DNA of 64,000 nt, taken from positions 59,836 through 123,835 of the IMG/VR virus record IMGVR_UViG_3300028920_000040; one strand, given 5' to 3'. The DNA is from a virus. The position numbers and the translations under genes were made by a program. Shown piece by piece: positions 1 to 10,786 of this stretch (the first letter of the stretch is position 1; each line of letters begins with the position of its first letter). Under the pieces are notes generated by a model. That model ran no database searches, was not told the origin of the DNA, and saw nothing but the letters and a program-made list of their open reading frames with translations.

Positions 1-102
1 GAATAAGTTTCTTAGTGTAGATAGAGATGTATTTTCAACTCCATTTGATGAACCTAGTAAAAACGCATTTAGAAAATTTTTAAATACAGTAGGAATATTT
101 GA

Positions 103-693
103 ATGAAATTTCAAAAGTTTTATGAATCAAAAAAGAAAACTCCTGTAGTAGTATTTGCAGGACGTTTTCAGCCTTTTCATGTCGGTCATAAAGAAACTTA
201 TGATAATTTAGTTGAAAAGTTTGGAAAGGATAATGTTTATATAGCAACTTCTAATAAAGTAGAATTGCCAAAATCTCCTTTTAGATTTGCTGAAAAAAGA
301 AAAATTATAAGGAAGATGTTTAAGATTCCTTCTGATAAAATAGTTCAGGTTAAAAATCCATATGCTCCTTTAGAAGTATTAGAAAAATATCCTAAAAATT
401 CTGCATATGTTGCTGTTGTTGGAAAGAAAGATGCTGATCGATTGATGAAGGGCAAATATTTTGATATGTATAAGGACGATATTCCCCTTGATAAATACGA
501 AGATAAAGGTTATATTTACGTGGCTCCACAAAATACAAAGTTCTTTAATGGAAAGCGTATCACAGGAACTCTTGTAAGAGAGGTATTGAAGGATGGTTCA
601 GCCGAAGATAAGATGGATTTATTTAATGAACTATATCCAAAATTTAATCAGGAAATATTTGATTTAGTAATAAATAAAATTAGAGGAGAATAG
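103..693 (+). CDS. HxGH-family nucleotidyltransferase (cytidyltransferase/NMN adenylyltransferase-like) with capsid-targeting-like leader
   Basis: FAGRFQPFHVGH motif; N-terminus MKFQKFYE. Confidence 0.8.
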   Translation: MKFQKFYESKKKTPVVVFAGRFQPFHVGHKETYDNLVEKFGKDNVYIATSNKVELPKSPFRFAEKRKIIRKMFKIPSDKIVQVKNPYAPLEVLEKYPKNSAYVAVVGKKDADRLMKGKYFDMYKDDIPLDKYEDKGYIYVAPQNTKFFNGKRITGTLVREVLKDGSAEDKMDLFNELYPKFNQEIFDLVINKIRGE

Positions 694-694
694 A

Positions 695-1183
695 ATGAGT
701 TTCAAGGATTATTTCAGAAAGAAAATAGACGAAGTTAAATTAGGAAATATGTTTCCTGTTAGAAAAATTCCTGTTGACTTTAAGCAGTGGCAATACCCAA
801 AGGAACACAAAACTCTTCCTTTTAATGACCATGAAATTTCTGTTATAAGGGAAATAATCAATCGAAGCGAAGATACTGTATATCCTGTTAATATAATGGT
901 TTCAAAAGATAAGACGACTATTTTACTTCAATGGGAAGAGTATATGGACCCAGCTTCAGGAAATTCTGGAGCTTTATATAAAATTGATGGTGGAGATAAA
1001 AAATATTATTGGGCATCATTTCAAAGACCTGAAGAAATGGGTTGGGGACAAGAAACCGATCCTGAAAGGTCTACTTCAAAAGACGATATAAAAAATTATA
1101 GCTTCTCTCCTGAAAAGGAAGACGATATTCTTAAACTTCGTAAGCTTATAGTCATTCATGCAAGGCCTGGAAGAAATATATAA
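695..1183 (+). CDS. hypothetical protein with capsid-targeting-like leader
   Basis: ORF with GGAG RBS; N-terminus MSFKDYFRKKIDE. Confidence 0.65.
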   Translation: MSFKDYFRKKIDEVKLGNMFPVRKIPVDFKQWQYPKEHKTLPFNDHEISVIREIINRSEDTVYPVNIMVSKDKTTILLQWEEYMDPASGNSGALYKIDGGDKKYYWASFQRPEEMGWGQETDPERSTSKDDIKNYSFSPEKEDDILKLRKLIVIHARPGRNI

Positions 1184-1452
1184 TTCATTGACAAATATGA
1201 TAAAAAATATTATTTTTAATGTAAAGAAGTGTTTTCATTTAACATTTTTAATGTTAATATTTTCTGCATTTTTAAAATGCGGACCTGTTATGACTTATTA
1301 TACTTCTAACGAAAAAGAAATAGGAAATATACAGTACTTTCCAGAATTTGACAAAGTATTAGATACAACGATATATAATAGTGGTGAAAATAAAATATAC
1401 GGAGTTAGATACAGAATTAAAAAATAATAATTGAAATATTGAAGGAAAGTAT

Positions 1453-2241
1453 ATGATCAGAATAATTTCTGGTTGGTCAAATCCCGGCGGATCGACCACC
1501 GCATTTATTAACCTCACAAACGCACTTAATGAAGTAGGATACGAAACTATATTTTGCGGTCCTCATAATTGGCATTTAAACAAATGTCGTGCTGAACAAA
1601 CTGTTCCCGGTACTAAACTTAAAATACACAAAGACGATTCCTTAATTATTCATTTCATGAATAAATTTCAAGTCAGACCTCCTGTTAAAAAATTTATATT
1701 AAGTTCTCATGAACAAGATATACTTCCTATTAAAAATCTCAATTATAAAATATTTGATAAAATTCATTTTGTAAGTACTCATCAAAAAGAATATCATGAT
1801 GTAGACCATCCTCATTTTATATTACCAAATATATTGGACGATCTTAAACCAGGTAATAAACCAAATAGCAAGGTCGGCGGCATCATAGGATCAATAGATG
1901 GAAATAAAAGAGTACATCAATCGATTAGAAATGCATTAAAAGATGGTTGTGAGAAGGTACTTATCTTTGGTAATATATCCGATCCTTGGTATTGGCAGAA
2001 TAAAGTAAAGTGTTTAATTGATGGAAGCAAAGTTGTTTATTGTGGATATGTAGATGATAAACAAAAAATATATAATATGATAACAGATGTATATCATTCT
2101 TCTAAACTTGAAACATGGGGATATATTAAGGGAGAATGCAAACTTACAAATACAAATTATCATGGAAATAATTCGACTAATGGATATTGGGAAATGGATA
2201 AAGAAAAAATAATTGATTCTTGGACAAAGGAGCTGGCATGA
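1453..2241 (+). CDS. glycosyltransferase, GT-B/GT4-like
   Basis: N-terminal GWSNPGGS; C-terminal SSKLETWG resembling the GT-B E-x7-E region; glycan cluster context. Confidence 0.6.
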   Translation: MIRIISGWSNPGGSTTAFINLTNALNEVGYETIFCGPHNWHLNKCRAEQTVPGTKLKIHKDDSLIIHFMNKFQVRPPVKKFILSSHEQDILPIKNLNYKIFDKIHFVSTHQKEYHDVDHPHFILPNILDDLKPGNKPNSKVGGIIGSIDGNKRVHQSIRNALKDGCEKVLIFGNISDPWYWQNKVKCLIDGSKVVYCGYVDDKQKIYNMITDVYHSSKLETWGYIKGECKLTNTNYHGNNSTNGYWEMDKEKIIDSWTKELA

Positions 2242-2969
2242 TAAGAATTCTTACCACTTTTTATAATTCAGAATTATATTTTCCAAAAACGGTTATTAGT
2301 TTAAGAAATCAAACTATTAAAGATTGGAAATGTTATGTTACAGACGATATGTCTTCAAGAAGAGCCAGAACATTTTTAGAATCTACTGTTGGATGGGATG
2401 ATAAATTTGAAATTATTTATAATGATAAAAAAATGTGGCAGTCTGGAAATTATTGGCAAGTTTTACAGAAAGAAGAAATAGATGATAATGATATTTGTAT
2501 AACACTTGATGGCGACGATTGGTTTCCGGACAATAAAGTTCTTGAAAGAGTGTTGAAGTATTATGAAGATAATAATACTTGGATGACATTTGGACAGTTT
2601 CTTTATTATGATAAGGGCGGAAAAACAAGAATGGGATTTTCTAGAAAACCAAATCTGTTTTCAGAAGCACGTAGACTTCCTTGGACATCTACTCATCTTA
2701 GAACATTTAAAGCTTTTCTATATAGAAAAGTTGATAAAAAAGATTTGATTGATCCATCGACAGGATGTTTTTGGCAAATGGCAGGAGATGTTGTAACATT
2801 TAGTCCGATGCTAGAAATGGCTGGTGAAGACAGAGTTAAATATTATAACGATATTAATTATGTATATAATGTTGAGACAGATATGAATGAGTTTAAAACT
2901 GATCTTGGACTGTCTACTAGAATAACTAGAGACATTGCAAATATGAAAAAATATGAAAGGATTGAATAA
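2238..2969 (+). CDS. glycosyltransferase family 2
   Basis: TTFYNSE, SLRNQT, VTDDMS and LDGDDW (DxD) motifs; ATG at 2238 after AGGAG. Confidence 0.85.
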   Translation: MIRILTTFYNSELYFPKTVISLRNQTIKDWKCYVTDDMSSRRARTFLESTVGWDDKFEIIYNDKKMWQSGNYWQVLQKEEIDDNDICITLDGDDWFPDNKVLERVLKYYEDNNTWMTFGQFLYYDKGGKTRMGFSRKPNLFSEARRLPWTSTHLRTFKAFLYRKVDKKDLIDPSTGCFWQMAGDVVTFSPMLEMAGEDRVKYYNDINYVYNVETDMNEFKTDLGLSTRITRDIANMKKYERIE

Positions 2970-3011
2970 TGATTGATAGTTTAATTTTTTCAAAGAAGGA
3001 AAGAAAATAAT

Positions 3012-3815
3012 ATGATTAGGGATGAAATATTTGATATAAGAATTTCAGATAACAATTGTGAAGTTGTTTATGTCAATAGAATTATTGATAATATAATTAG
3101 TTTGAGTGATTTAAATAAGTTAAAAGAATATAAATTCATTGTTACAGATTGTTTAACGGAGATTGATAAAAATTCAGAAAAAATAATTGTTATATTGACT
3201 GGAGATGAACATTATAGAAATCCTAATTATTTAAATCGTGTCCATTCTGTGTTTAAAAATTATGTATATAACGAACAAGATAATTTATTTGCTATTCCAT
3301 TAGGATATAATAAATATCAATTAGATATACCACACAAACCAATTTCTGAAAGAAAAATAGATGTGTTTTTTTCTGGACAAGTTAAAATATTTAATAGATA
3401 CGATTTAATGAATACATTTAGTAATCCATCTACATTACAATGCTATAATAATTTTATCAATAGGACAAATGGTTTTCGTCAAGGATTATCTCCTAAAGAT
3501 TATTCAAATACAATGATGAACTCAAAAATAGCATTATGTCCAGATGGTAATATAAGTTCAGAAACTTTTAGATTTTTTGAAGCAATGAGATATGGTTGTG
3601 TGGTAGTGACAACTAAAAAGCCAAAAAATTATATTTACGAAAATATGCCAGCTATAGTAATTGATAATTGGGAAAGTAGTGTTGAAATAATAAAAGATTT
3701 GCTTCAAGATGAAGATAGAATGTTAAATTTAAGTAATAAGTCTTTACGATATTGGAATGATATTTGTTCTGAGAAATCTGTAGCTAAATTTATACTATCA
3801 AAAATTAAATTTTGA
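3012..3815 (+). CDS. exostosin/GT47-like glycosyltransferase
   Basis: DVFFSGQ...SKIALCPDG...ETFRFFEAMRYGCVVV motif. Confidence 0.7.
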   Translation: MIRDEIFDIRISDNNCEVVYVNRIIDNIISLSDLNKLKEYKFIVTDCLTEIDKNSEKIIVILTGDEHYRNPNYLNRVHSVFKNYVYNEQDNLFAIPLGYNKYQLDIPHKPISERKIDVFFSGQVKIFNRYDLMNTFSNPSTLQCYNNFINRTNGFRQGLSPKDYSNTMMNSKIALCPDGNISSETFRFFEAMRYGCVVVTTKKPKNYIYENMPAIVIDNWESSVEIIKDLLQDEDRMLNLSNKSLRYWNDICSEKSVAKFILSKIKF

Positions 3816-3824
3816 GGAGCTTCT

Positions 3825-4640
3825 ATGAAAATCGATTGTTTAATTTTTTCCAAAGACAGAGCTTGTCAATTAGATTTATTATTAAGAAGCATTAAGGATA
3901 ATTTTGAAGAAATACATCCTATCATTTTGTTTAAACAAACGAATGAAAATTACAAGCTTGGATATGAGAAAGTCAATTCTTATCATTCTGGTTATGAATG
4001 GATTGAAGAAGAATCTTTTGTTCCTGATTTAAGAAAAATTGTTTCTACATTTAGAAATCAATTTTTTTTGGTCTTAGTTGATGATGAAATTGTAATAAGA
4101 GATTATCCTATTAAGAATGCTATGTATGCATTAGAATTAAATAACGATCTTCATTGTGTTTCATTAAGAATGAATCCGTCGATTCATTATACATATACTG
4201 CAGACCTTGCTTCTCCACCACCAACATTTTTCGATGATTATAGATTTGATGATCTTTTATTTTGGAACTGGGAAAATTACGATGGAAGGACAGACTGGGG
4301 ATATCCATCGTGTATAAATTCTCACATATACAGAAAAGAATTTATTATTCCTATGATACAAAATCTTCCTTTTAATAATGTTAATAGACTTGAAGGATTA
4401 TTAAATCTTCAAAGAAGCAGTTTTAAAAAACAAATGGCTTGTTTCAATAAATCAAAAACTATTAATATAGCAAATAATCTTATACAAACGGGAACAAATC
4501 GACACAGTAATAATCCAGAATATTCAGTAGAAAATCTTAATCGAAAATTTTTAGAAGGAAATAGAATATCGACAGAAAATTTTTATAATTATGATAATAA
4601 TTTAGCAACACTAGAAAGGGATTATATATGGTTGAAATAG
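3825..4640 (+). CDS. putative GT-A glycosyltransferase
   Basis: IFSKDRACQLDLLLRS start and LVDD motif; cluster context. Confidence 0.55.
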   Translation: MKIDCLIFSKDRACQLDLLLRSIKDNFEEIHPIILFKQTNENYKLGYEKVNSYHSGYEWIEEESFVPDLRKIVSTFRNQFFLVLVDDEIVIRDYPIKNAMYALELNNDLHCVSLRMNPSIHYTYTADLASPPPTFFDDYRFDDLLFWNWENYDGRTDWGYPSCINSHIYRKEFIIPMIQNLPFNNVNRLEGLLNLQRSSFKKQMACFNKSKTINIANNLIQTGTNRHSNNPEYSVENLNRKFLEGNRISTENFYNYDNNLATLERDYIWLK

Positions 4641-5461
4641 GTTTGATTGATAAAACTTTTATAATGTGTGGTCCTTCTTGTGGAACTGGCCAGACAGGAA
4701 TGGCTCCAAAACATATTAAATGGTATACTGGTGAAGACTATAGAAATATTACTGTATTAACTGATATGTGTCTTAATCAAGCTGATACTTGTTATAGTCG
4801 AATTAAAATCGCGTGGATAATAGAACCAAGAGCAATTGCTCCTTATGTATATAATGCAATTGAAAATCCTGCACTATATAATAAATTTGATTTTGTAATG
4901 ACACATGATAAGGAACTTCTTAATATTGATAATAATAAATTTCATTTTTGTCCTCTTGTTGGTCATTGGATAATAGATGATGATAATAAAATTCATAAGA
5001 AGACAAAAAATATTTCTATGATTGCTTCAGGAAAGAAACAAACAATAGGACAAAAATTAAGGCATTCTATAGTCGAATCTTGTAGAGACAATATAGATGG
5101 ATTGTATGGTAAAGGATATCAGGCCGTTGATAATAAAATAGAAGGATTAAAAGATTATAGATTCCATATAGTTGCTGAAAACGACAAGAAAGATTTTTGG
5201 TTTACTGAAAAAATTATAGATTGTTTTGCAACTGGTACAGTTCCTATATATTGGGGATGTCCGAGTATTGGTGCATTTTTTAATCCTGATGGAATATTAT
5301 CATTTGATACGATAGACGAACTTAAAGAAATTTTAAAAACAACTGGAGAAGAACTTTATAGTAATATGCTTCCTGCTATAAAACAAAACTTCGAATTATC
5401 TAAAAAGTATTTTTATCCAGAAGATTTTATGTATAATGCATTAATCAAGGATTTTGTATAA
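4628..5461 (+). CDS. GT10 alpha-1,3-fucosyltransferase-like protein
   Basis: YRFHIVAEN...FTEKIIDCFATGTVPIYWG matches the GT10 motif. Confidence 0.75.
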   Translation: MVEIGLIDKTFIMCGPSCGTGQTGMAPKHIKWYTGEDYRNITVLTDMCLNQADTCYSRIKIAWIIEPRAIAPYVYNAIENPALYNKFDFVMTHDKELLNIDNNKFHFCPLVGHWIIDDDNKIHKKTKNISMIASGKKQTIGQKLRHSIVESCRDNIDGLYGKGYQAVDNKIEGLKDYRFHIVAENDKKDFWFTEKIIDCFATGTVPIYWGCPSIGAFFNPDGILSFDTIDELKEILKTTGEELYSNMLPAIKQNFELSKKYFYPEDFMYNALIKDFV

Positions 5462-6498
5462 TGATGGAAGTTGTAATTAATCGTTCTGGTTCTGAGTTAC
5501 GCATACCGGAAATACAGAAAGTAATTCCGTGGGATGGAAAAAAATACATGCTTCATTCTGAATTTGTCAGAAGATATAGAGGATATTTAGAAGTAGTCGA
5601 TGTTAAAGTAAAAGAAAAAGAAGAATTATTAAAACAAGCAGAAAAAGAATTGAAGATTGAGATTAATAACTTTAATGCTGAAAAAACGAAGCTCGCCGAC
5701 CGTGATTTTCTTCATGAATTGGTTGAACAACATTCTCCAAATAGAAGATGTTGTTTTTTATATTCTTTTGATTTTAAAGAAAAAGAAATAGACAATGCTA
5801 TAAAAAGACTCAATATATCTATAAAATCAATAATCGATCAGAATGTTGATGTTTGTATTTGCAATACATCTAAGATTGATATTAAAAAATCTATAACTAA
5901 TATTAATAAAATAAGGTATTTGTATTATCCTTTAAAACAAGAAAATTATTGTAAACCAAAAACGATTAATATAGGCGTTAGAAAATTAGTAAATTCTGAA
6001 TATTTCTTTTTATCAGATATCGACTTAATATATCCACCATCATTTGTTAAAAATATGTTATCATATACGTTATATAAAGAACCAGTTAGAATTATATTTT
6101 TTAATTATAATCTTGGCAAATGTATAGATTATAAAAATTTTAAAACATATAAGAAACTTTTAGAAAGAGTTAAAGATTCACAAAGAACTACTATTGGTAT
6201 AGCTCCTGGCAATGGTCTTGTTCATTTAAAATCGTTTCATAAAATAGGTGGATTTGATGAAAGATATATAGGATATGGTCCTGAAGATGCAGATTTTAAT
6301 TTAAGAATATCAATTATCAATAAATATGTAGAAGTTAATTATGATAAAGTTAATACATATCATTTGTATCATCCTATTAATATAAACCAAGAATATAATA
6401 ATAAAAATATAGAATTATATAATAAAGTATGTTCTAAAATAAAAAAATATAATAAAAAAGTTCCATTAAAATGGACGGTTTCTGGAAATATTAAATAG
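5461..6498 (+). CDS. glycosyltransferase, GT2 with GT7-C-like tail
   Basis: FLSDIDL (DxD) and IGGFDERYIGYGPEDADF motifs. Confidence 0.8.
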   Translation: MMEVVINRSGSELRIPEIQKVIPWDGKKYMLHSEFVRRYRGYLEVVDVKVKEKEELLKQAEKELKIEINNFNAEKTKLADRDFLHELVEQHSPNRRCCFLYSFDFKEKEIDNAIKRLNISIKSIIDQNVDVCICNTSKIDIKKSITNINKIRYLYYPLKQENYCKPKTINIGVRKLVNSEYFFLSDIDLIYPPSFVKNMLSYTLYKEPVRIIFFNYNLGKCIDYKNFKTYKKLLERVKDSQRTTIGIAPGNGLVHLKSFHKIGGFDERYIGYGPEDADFNLRISIINKYVEVNYDKVNTYHLYHPININQEYNNKNIELYNKVCSKIKKYNKKVPLKWTVSGNIK

Positions 6499-6508
6499 GA
6501 GACAAATA

Positions 6509-7075
6509 ATGAATTTAGAAATGGAAAAGAAACGCTTATCATATTCTTTGTCAGAAGATAGTATTGTTATGGATGTTGGTGGATATGAAGGAAAATGGAC
6601 ATCTGATATATTTTCAAAATATAAATGTTTTGTGTATGTATTTGAACCGGTTCAATCTTTTTATAATAATATAGTTAAAAAATTTAATGGAAAAGATAAA
6701 ATAAAATTATTTAATTACGCTCTTTCTAATAAAAACGGCAACACTAAAATGTGTGTGAATAAAGATCGTTCAAGTATGTTTGTTGGAAAACTTAATAGTG
6801 AAATTAATATGAGGGATATATCAGAAGTAATCGAAGAATTGAATTTAAATACGATAGACCTTATTAAAATAAACATTGAAGGAGCAGAATATGATTTGTT
6901 AGATCATATCATAGAGAAGAATATATTAACAAAATTTAAAAATATACAAGTTCAATTTCATAATTTTTATCCAAATGCTAAAGAAAGACGAGACACAATA
7001 AGAAAATTTCTTAATGAAACTCATGAGATATCTTTTGATTATCCATTTATTTGGGAAAGCTGGAAATTAAAATAA
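6509..7075 (+). CDS. FkbM-family methyltransferase
   Basis: MDVGGYEG, VFEPV and LIKINIEGAEY motifs. Confidence 0.85.
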   Translation: MNLEMEKKRLSYSLSEDSIVMDVGGYEGKWTSDIFSKYKCFVYVFEPVQSFYNNIVKKFNGKDKIKLFNYALSNKNGNTKMCVNKDRSSMFVGKLNSEINMRDISEVIEELNLNTIDLIKINIEGAEYDLLDHIIEKNILTKFKNIQVQFHNFYPNAKERRDTIRKFLNETHEISFDYPFIWESWKLK

Positions 7076-7725
7076 TGAAAAAATTATATCTTTTATCTTA
7101 TCCGAAAAGTGGTAGTAACTGGTTGACATATTGTATTGAAAATATTTTTAAAACAAATGTTGTAGGTGCTACAAAAGAGTATACTGTATTTGGACATTCT
7201 CATAATATTAATTTTATAGATGATCTTGTTGTATGTAAAGGCCATGGTCATATGAAGAATGAGTGGATAGAATACGATGGATTAATTTTTTTGATTAGGG
7301 ATTATAAAAATAGTGTAGTTCCATTTAGTAATTTCAATATGAGTCTCGTCTTGAGCTGTTTATCGGGAGTAAGAAAAAATATTCCTGATTATATACACGG
7401 ATTAAAATATTTTGATTCGTTTAATAAACCAAAAGTAATGATAATATACGAGCAATTAATAAAATCTCCTGAAACAGAATTAAATAAAATATCAACATTT
7501 TTTTCAAATTTTAATATAGACACAAGTAATATTCAGAATTTTATTGATAATATTGAAAACCATAAAATAAATTCTATGAAAAAATATCGACCTGGTAAAC
7601 GTAAGAATAATAAATCGTGTTCAGAAAATCAATTAGAAAAAATTAGAACATATCTTAAAAAGAATTTTTTATCGATATATGAAAAGTATTTGTTAGTGTA
7701 TGATGATAAAAATACAGATAGATAG
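7075..7725 (+). CDS. sulfotransferase-like protein
   Basis: 5'-PSB-like SYPKSGSNW, LIRD and YEQL; start reassigned to ATG 7075 overlapping the upstream stop. Confidence 0.7.
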   Translation: MKKLYLLSYPKSGSNWLTYCIENIFKTNVVGATKEYTVFGHSHNINFIDDLVVCKGHGHMKNEWIEYDGLIFLIRDYKNSVVPFSNFNMSLVLSCLSGVRKNIPDYIHGLKYFDSFNKPKVMIIYEQLIKSPETELNKISTFFSNFNIDTSNIQNFIDNIENHKINSMKKYRPGKRKNNKSCSENQLEKIRTYLKKNFLSIYEKYLLVYDDKNTDR

Positions 7726-7727
7726 TA

Positions 7728-8399
7728 ATGAAAAATTTAAATCAAAAATGTAGACTGGTAGCACATCCTCGGTGTGGCGGCCATTGGGTAAATTGCCTTA
7801 TTAATCTCTATATACACAAAATTGATTTTAAAGATTATATCCATAATGGAAAAAATAATGTGTGTATTCATACGCACGATGCAAAACTTTTGGAGAAGTA
7901 TAAGAATATAATTTATTTATATAGAAACCCTGTGGATAAGATTTATTCTACATGTTGTTTCTATGTTAAGAATCCAGAATATACTTATGGATTTCAAAAG
8001 AGGTATTATGTTGATGATATCTTTGATAAAGGAACCATTATCAAACACATTAATTTTTATATTGATAATATAAATAAATGGATTTTTCAAGATAATTTTA
8101 CTGATAAAAAGACTGTAATATCATATGATTTATTGGTAAATAATTTTGATTCAGAATTTTTAAAGATATTAAATCATTTTGAGAAACAATTTGATGCAGA
8201 TAATATTGTAAGAATAAAAGAAATATCAAAATTAGATATTAAGAAAAAAGATAATCAAAAAAGAATTATTAATACATCTAGTAATTATAATGATAATAAA
8301 AAAATTTTTAGAAATAAAATGACATCATTTATTTGGGAAAATATAAAAAATAAGAACGAGAACGTTTTTAAATTTTTGCAGGGAGAAATTTTATTATGA
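7728..8399 (+). CDS. sulfotransferase-like protein
   Basis: HPRCGGHW, HTH, YLYRNPVD and ISYDLL motifs. Confidence 0.7.
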   Translation: MKNLNQKCRLVAHPRCGGHWVNCLINLYIHKIDFKDYIHNGKNNVCIHTHDAKLLEKYKNIIYLYRNPVDKIYSTCCFYVKNPEYTYGFQKRYYVDDIFDKGTIIKHINFYIDNINKWIFQDNFTDKKTVISYDLLVNNFDSEFLKILNHFEKQFDADNIVRIKEISKLDIKKKDNQKRIINTSSNYNDNKKIFRNKMTSFIWENIKNKNENVFKFLQGEILL

Positions 8400-8427
8400 A
8401 TTGTTTAATTTATTTTGTTAAGAAGGA

Positions 8428-9246
8428 GTGTATATGAAAAATTGCATAATGTATACTGTTAAGAATACACCAACATATTTTTCAATGTTGCAGAGAAGTT
8501 TATCATTGTTTAAAAATAACTTGAATCCTTGGATTGATAATCCTGATTTGATTATGATTCCTGACCCAGGCGCTGAACAAACTATTGAAAATATTGTTAG
8601 AAGTCTTGGACTAACTAATAAACTTATATTTAGAAAATTTCCAAATGTTATTCCTGAATATCCTGAAGAAATTAGAAACAAAATTGAGAGTGTTTTGAAT
8701 GACCCTACGATTCATGGTTCTGAAAAGCCAGGTTATAAACATATGTGTAGATACTGGGCCGGTTTAGTATTTAAAGAAGATATCATTCAAGAATATGATT
8801 ATTTCCTAAGATTAGACCCAGACTCATATATTATGTCGCCTGTTGAATATAATATATTTGAAGCAGTTAAGAATGAAAATAAAACATGTGCATACATAAA
8901 AGGAAGTAAGAAAATGGATAATCCTAAGATGGCATTGGGATTAAACGCAGAATTATTGAGGTTTGAAAATTCGTATGAAGGGAAAATAGTGGAATCAATA
9001 AATACAATCCCTGAAGGTTTATATTTTAATACTAATTTTGAAATTTGTAATATTAAAACTTTTGTCAATTCAGATTACTTGAAAGTGTTTGACCATGTTG
9101 ACAAAAGTGGGGGGATATACATACATAGATGGGGAGATCATATCATACGAACTGCAATAGTGACGATGCTTTTTGGTCAATCTGCAAGGAAAGAATTTGA
9201 AAATATTCATTATATGCATAATATTGAACATGTGGGGGCAAAATGA
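8428..9246 (+). CDS. GT15 (Kre2/Mnt1-like alpha-mannosyltransferase) family protein
   Basis: GYKHMCRYW, YFLRLDPDS, NFEI and GGIYIHRWGD motifs. Confidence 0.8.
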   Translation: MYMKNCIMYTVKNTPTYFSMLQRSLSLFKNNLNPWIDNPDLIMIPDPGAEQTIENIVRSLGLTNKLIFRKFPNVIPEYPEEIRNKIESVLNDPTIHGSEKPGYKHMCRYWAGLVFKEDIIQEYDYFLRLDPDSYIMSPVEYNIFEAVKNENKTCAYIKGSKKMDNPKMALGLNAELLRFENSYEGKIVESINTIPEGLYFNTNFEICNIKTFVNSDYLKVFDHVDKSGGIYIHRWGDHIIRTAIVTMLFGQSARKEFENIHYMHNIEHVGAK

Positions 9247-10160
9247 AAGTTTATGTAACAGGCCATGACGGTTTTGTAGGTACTCATCTTTGCAGAAAAT
9301 TAAAAGAATTAAATTATGATATTATAACTGCTTCAATCGACGAATTAGATTTGAAGAATCAACCAGCAACATCAGAATTTTTTAATCTACATAAGCCAGA
9401 TATGGTTTTCCATTGCGCTGCAATTGTTGGTGGTATTGGAGCTAATATAAAATACCCATATAAATTCCTTTATGATAATCTTCAAATTCAAAATAATGTT
9501 ATTAATTCTTGTTTAAATCATAACGTGAAAAAAGTTTTATTTTTAGGTTCGTCATGTATATATCCAAAAGATTATCGCCAGCCTTTGGTTGAAGAAGATT
9601 TATTACAGGCCGATCTTGAACCAACAAACGAAGGATATGCTTTAGCGAAGATAGCAGGATTAAAACTATGTGAATATGCCAATAGAACTCAAGACACAAC
9701 TAAATTTATTTGTCTTATGCCTTCTAATCTTTATGGGCCTGGTGATAATTTTAATTTAGAAACTGCTCATGTAATTCCAAGTCTAATTAAAAAAATATCT
9801 GATGCTAAAAAAATAGGAAATGAAACTGTTGGTATTTGGGGAAGTGGTAATACACTAAGAGAATTTTTATTCGTCAAAGATGTTGTTGATGGAATGGTAT
9901 GGGCTATTACCAACTTAGAAAAGACAGAAACATTTTTGAACATTGGAACTGGTATAGATACAAGTATTAAAGAAATAATATATATGATTGCTGATGCTGT
10001 TGGATACGAAGGAGAATTTATTTTTGATACAACTAAGCCTGATGGCATGATGCGAAGATGCCTAGATGTTAGTAAGATAAATAAATTGGGATGGAAATAT
10101 AAAACGTCATTGAAAGAAGGAATTAAAAAAACAATCGAATGGTATTATGAAAATTATTGA
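9243..10160 (+). CDS. fcl: GDP-L-fucose/GDP-L-colitose synthase (Fcl/ColC family epimerase-reductase)
   Basis: TGHDGFVG, AAIVGGI, GSSCIYP, LEPTNEGYALAK, NLYGPGDNF, HVIP, KPDG. Confidence 0.9.
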   Translation: MKVYVTGHDGFVGTHLCRKLKELNYDIITASIDELDLKNQPATSEFFNLHKPDMVFHCAAIVGGIGANIKYPYKFLYDNLQIQNNVINSCLNHNVKKVLFLGSSCIYPKDYRQPLVEEDLLQADLEPTNEGYALAKIAGLKLCEYANRTQDTTKFICLMPSNLYGPGDNFNLETAHVIPSLIKKISDAKKIGNETVGIWGSGNTLREFLFVKDVVDGMVWAITNLEKTETFLNIGTGIDTSIKEIIYMIADAVGYEGEFIFDTTKPDGMMRRCLDVSKINKLGWKYKTSLKEGIKKTIEWYYENY

Positions 10161-10785
10161 AAGTATTATAGGATATCCTAGAAGTGGAAATCATTGGTTA
10201 TGTTATTGTATTAGTTGTATATCTAATTGTAAAATAGGCCAAGAAAGTTATGCTCATGGAAATACAATACAATATTGGAATAAATTTAATGATCAAAATA
10301 ATTTTGTTTTTATTTTTAGAAACTATAAGGAATCCATTGTTAGACACTTAAGAGAAAATATTAGTATTGATAATATTATCGAACAATTATCAGGAATATC
10401 AGCAAAAGAAATTAATAAAGATAAAACGGACTATATTGCATTGCTTAAAATGTATGATGAATATCCGCCTGATAAAAAATTTTTAATTTTTTATGAAGAC
10501 TTAATTAAAAATCCTGAAAAAGAACTTAAAAGATTTTTAGAATTTACAGGAGAAGATTTATCAAGAGCCGATGAGTTTATTAAAAAAATAGATTATCATA
10601 AACGACAATCATTAATGTATTATAAAAATAATGTTCAATCGCCAATTACTAATGGAAATAAAAATAATCTTATTTTTCATTCTTTAAAATTAAATAAACA
10701 AGACAGAATATGTATAGATAATTATTTGAAAGAAAAATTTCCAATTTTATTTGAAAAATATTTAACCAGATATAGTGAGAATTAA
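10147..10785 (+). CDS. sulfotransferase-like protein (paralogue of 7075)
   Basis: GYPRSGNHWL, FRNYKES and FYEDLIKNP; aligns by eye with the 7075 ORF. Confidence 0.7.
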   Translation: MKIIESIIGYPRSGNHWLCYCISCISNCKIGQESYAHGNTIQYWNKFNDQNNFVFIFRNYKESIVRHLRENISIDNIIEQLSGISAKEINKDKTDYIALLKMYDEYPPDKKFLIFYEDLIKNPEKELKRFLEFTGEDLSRADEFIKKIDYHKRQSLMYYKNNVQSPITNGNKNNLIFHSLKLNKQDRICIDNYLKEKFPILFEKYLTRYSEN

Positions 10786-10786
10786 C

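Noticed and set aside
1158-1427. 89-aa ORF as called in the track
   Set aside because: It overlaps the upstream gene and a promoter-like TTGACA-N17-TATTTT (1188-1216); the start and coding status are unclear.
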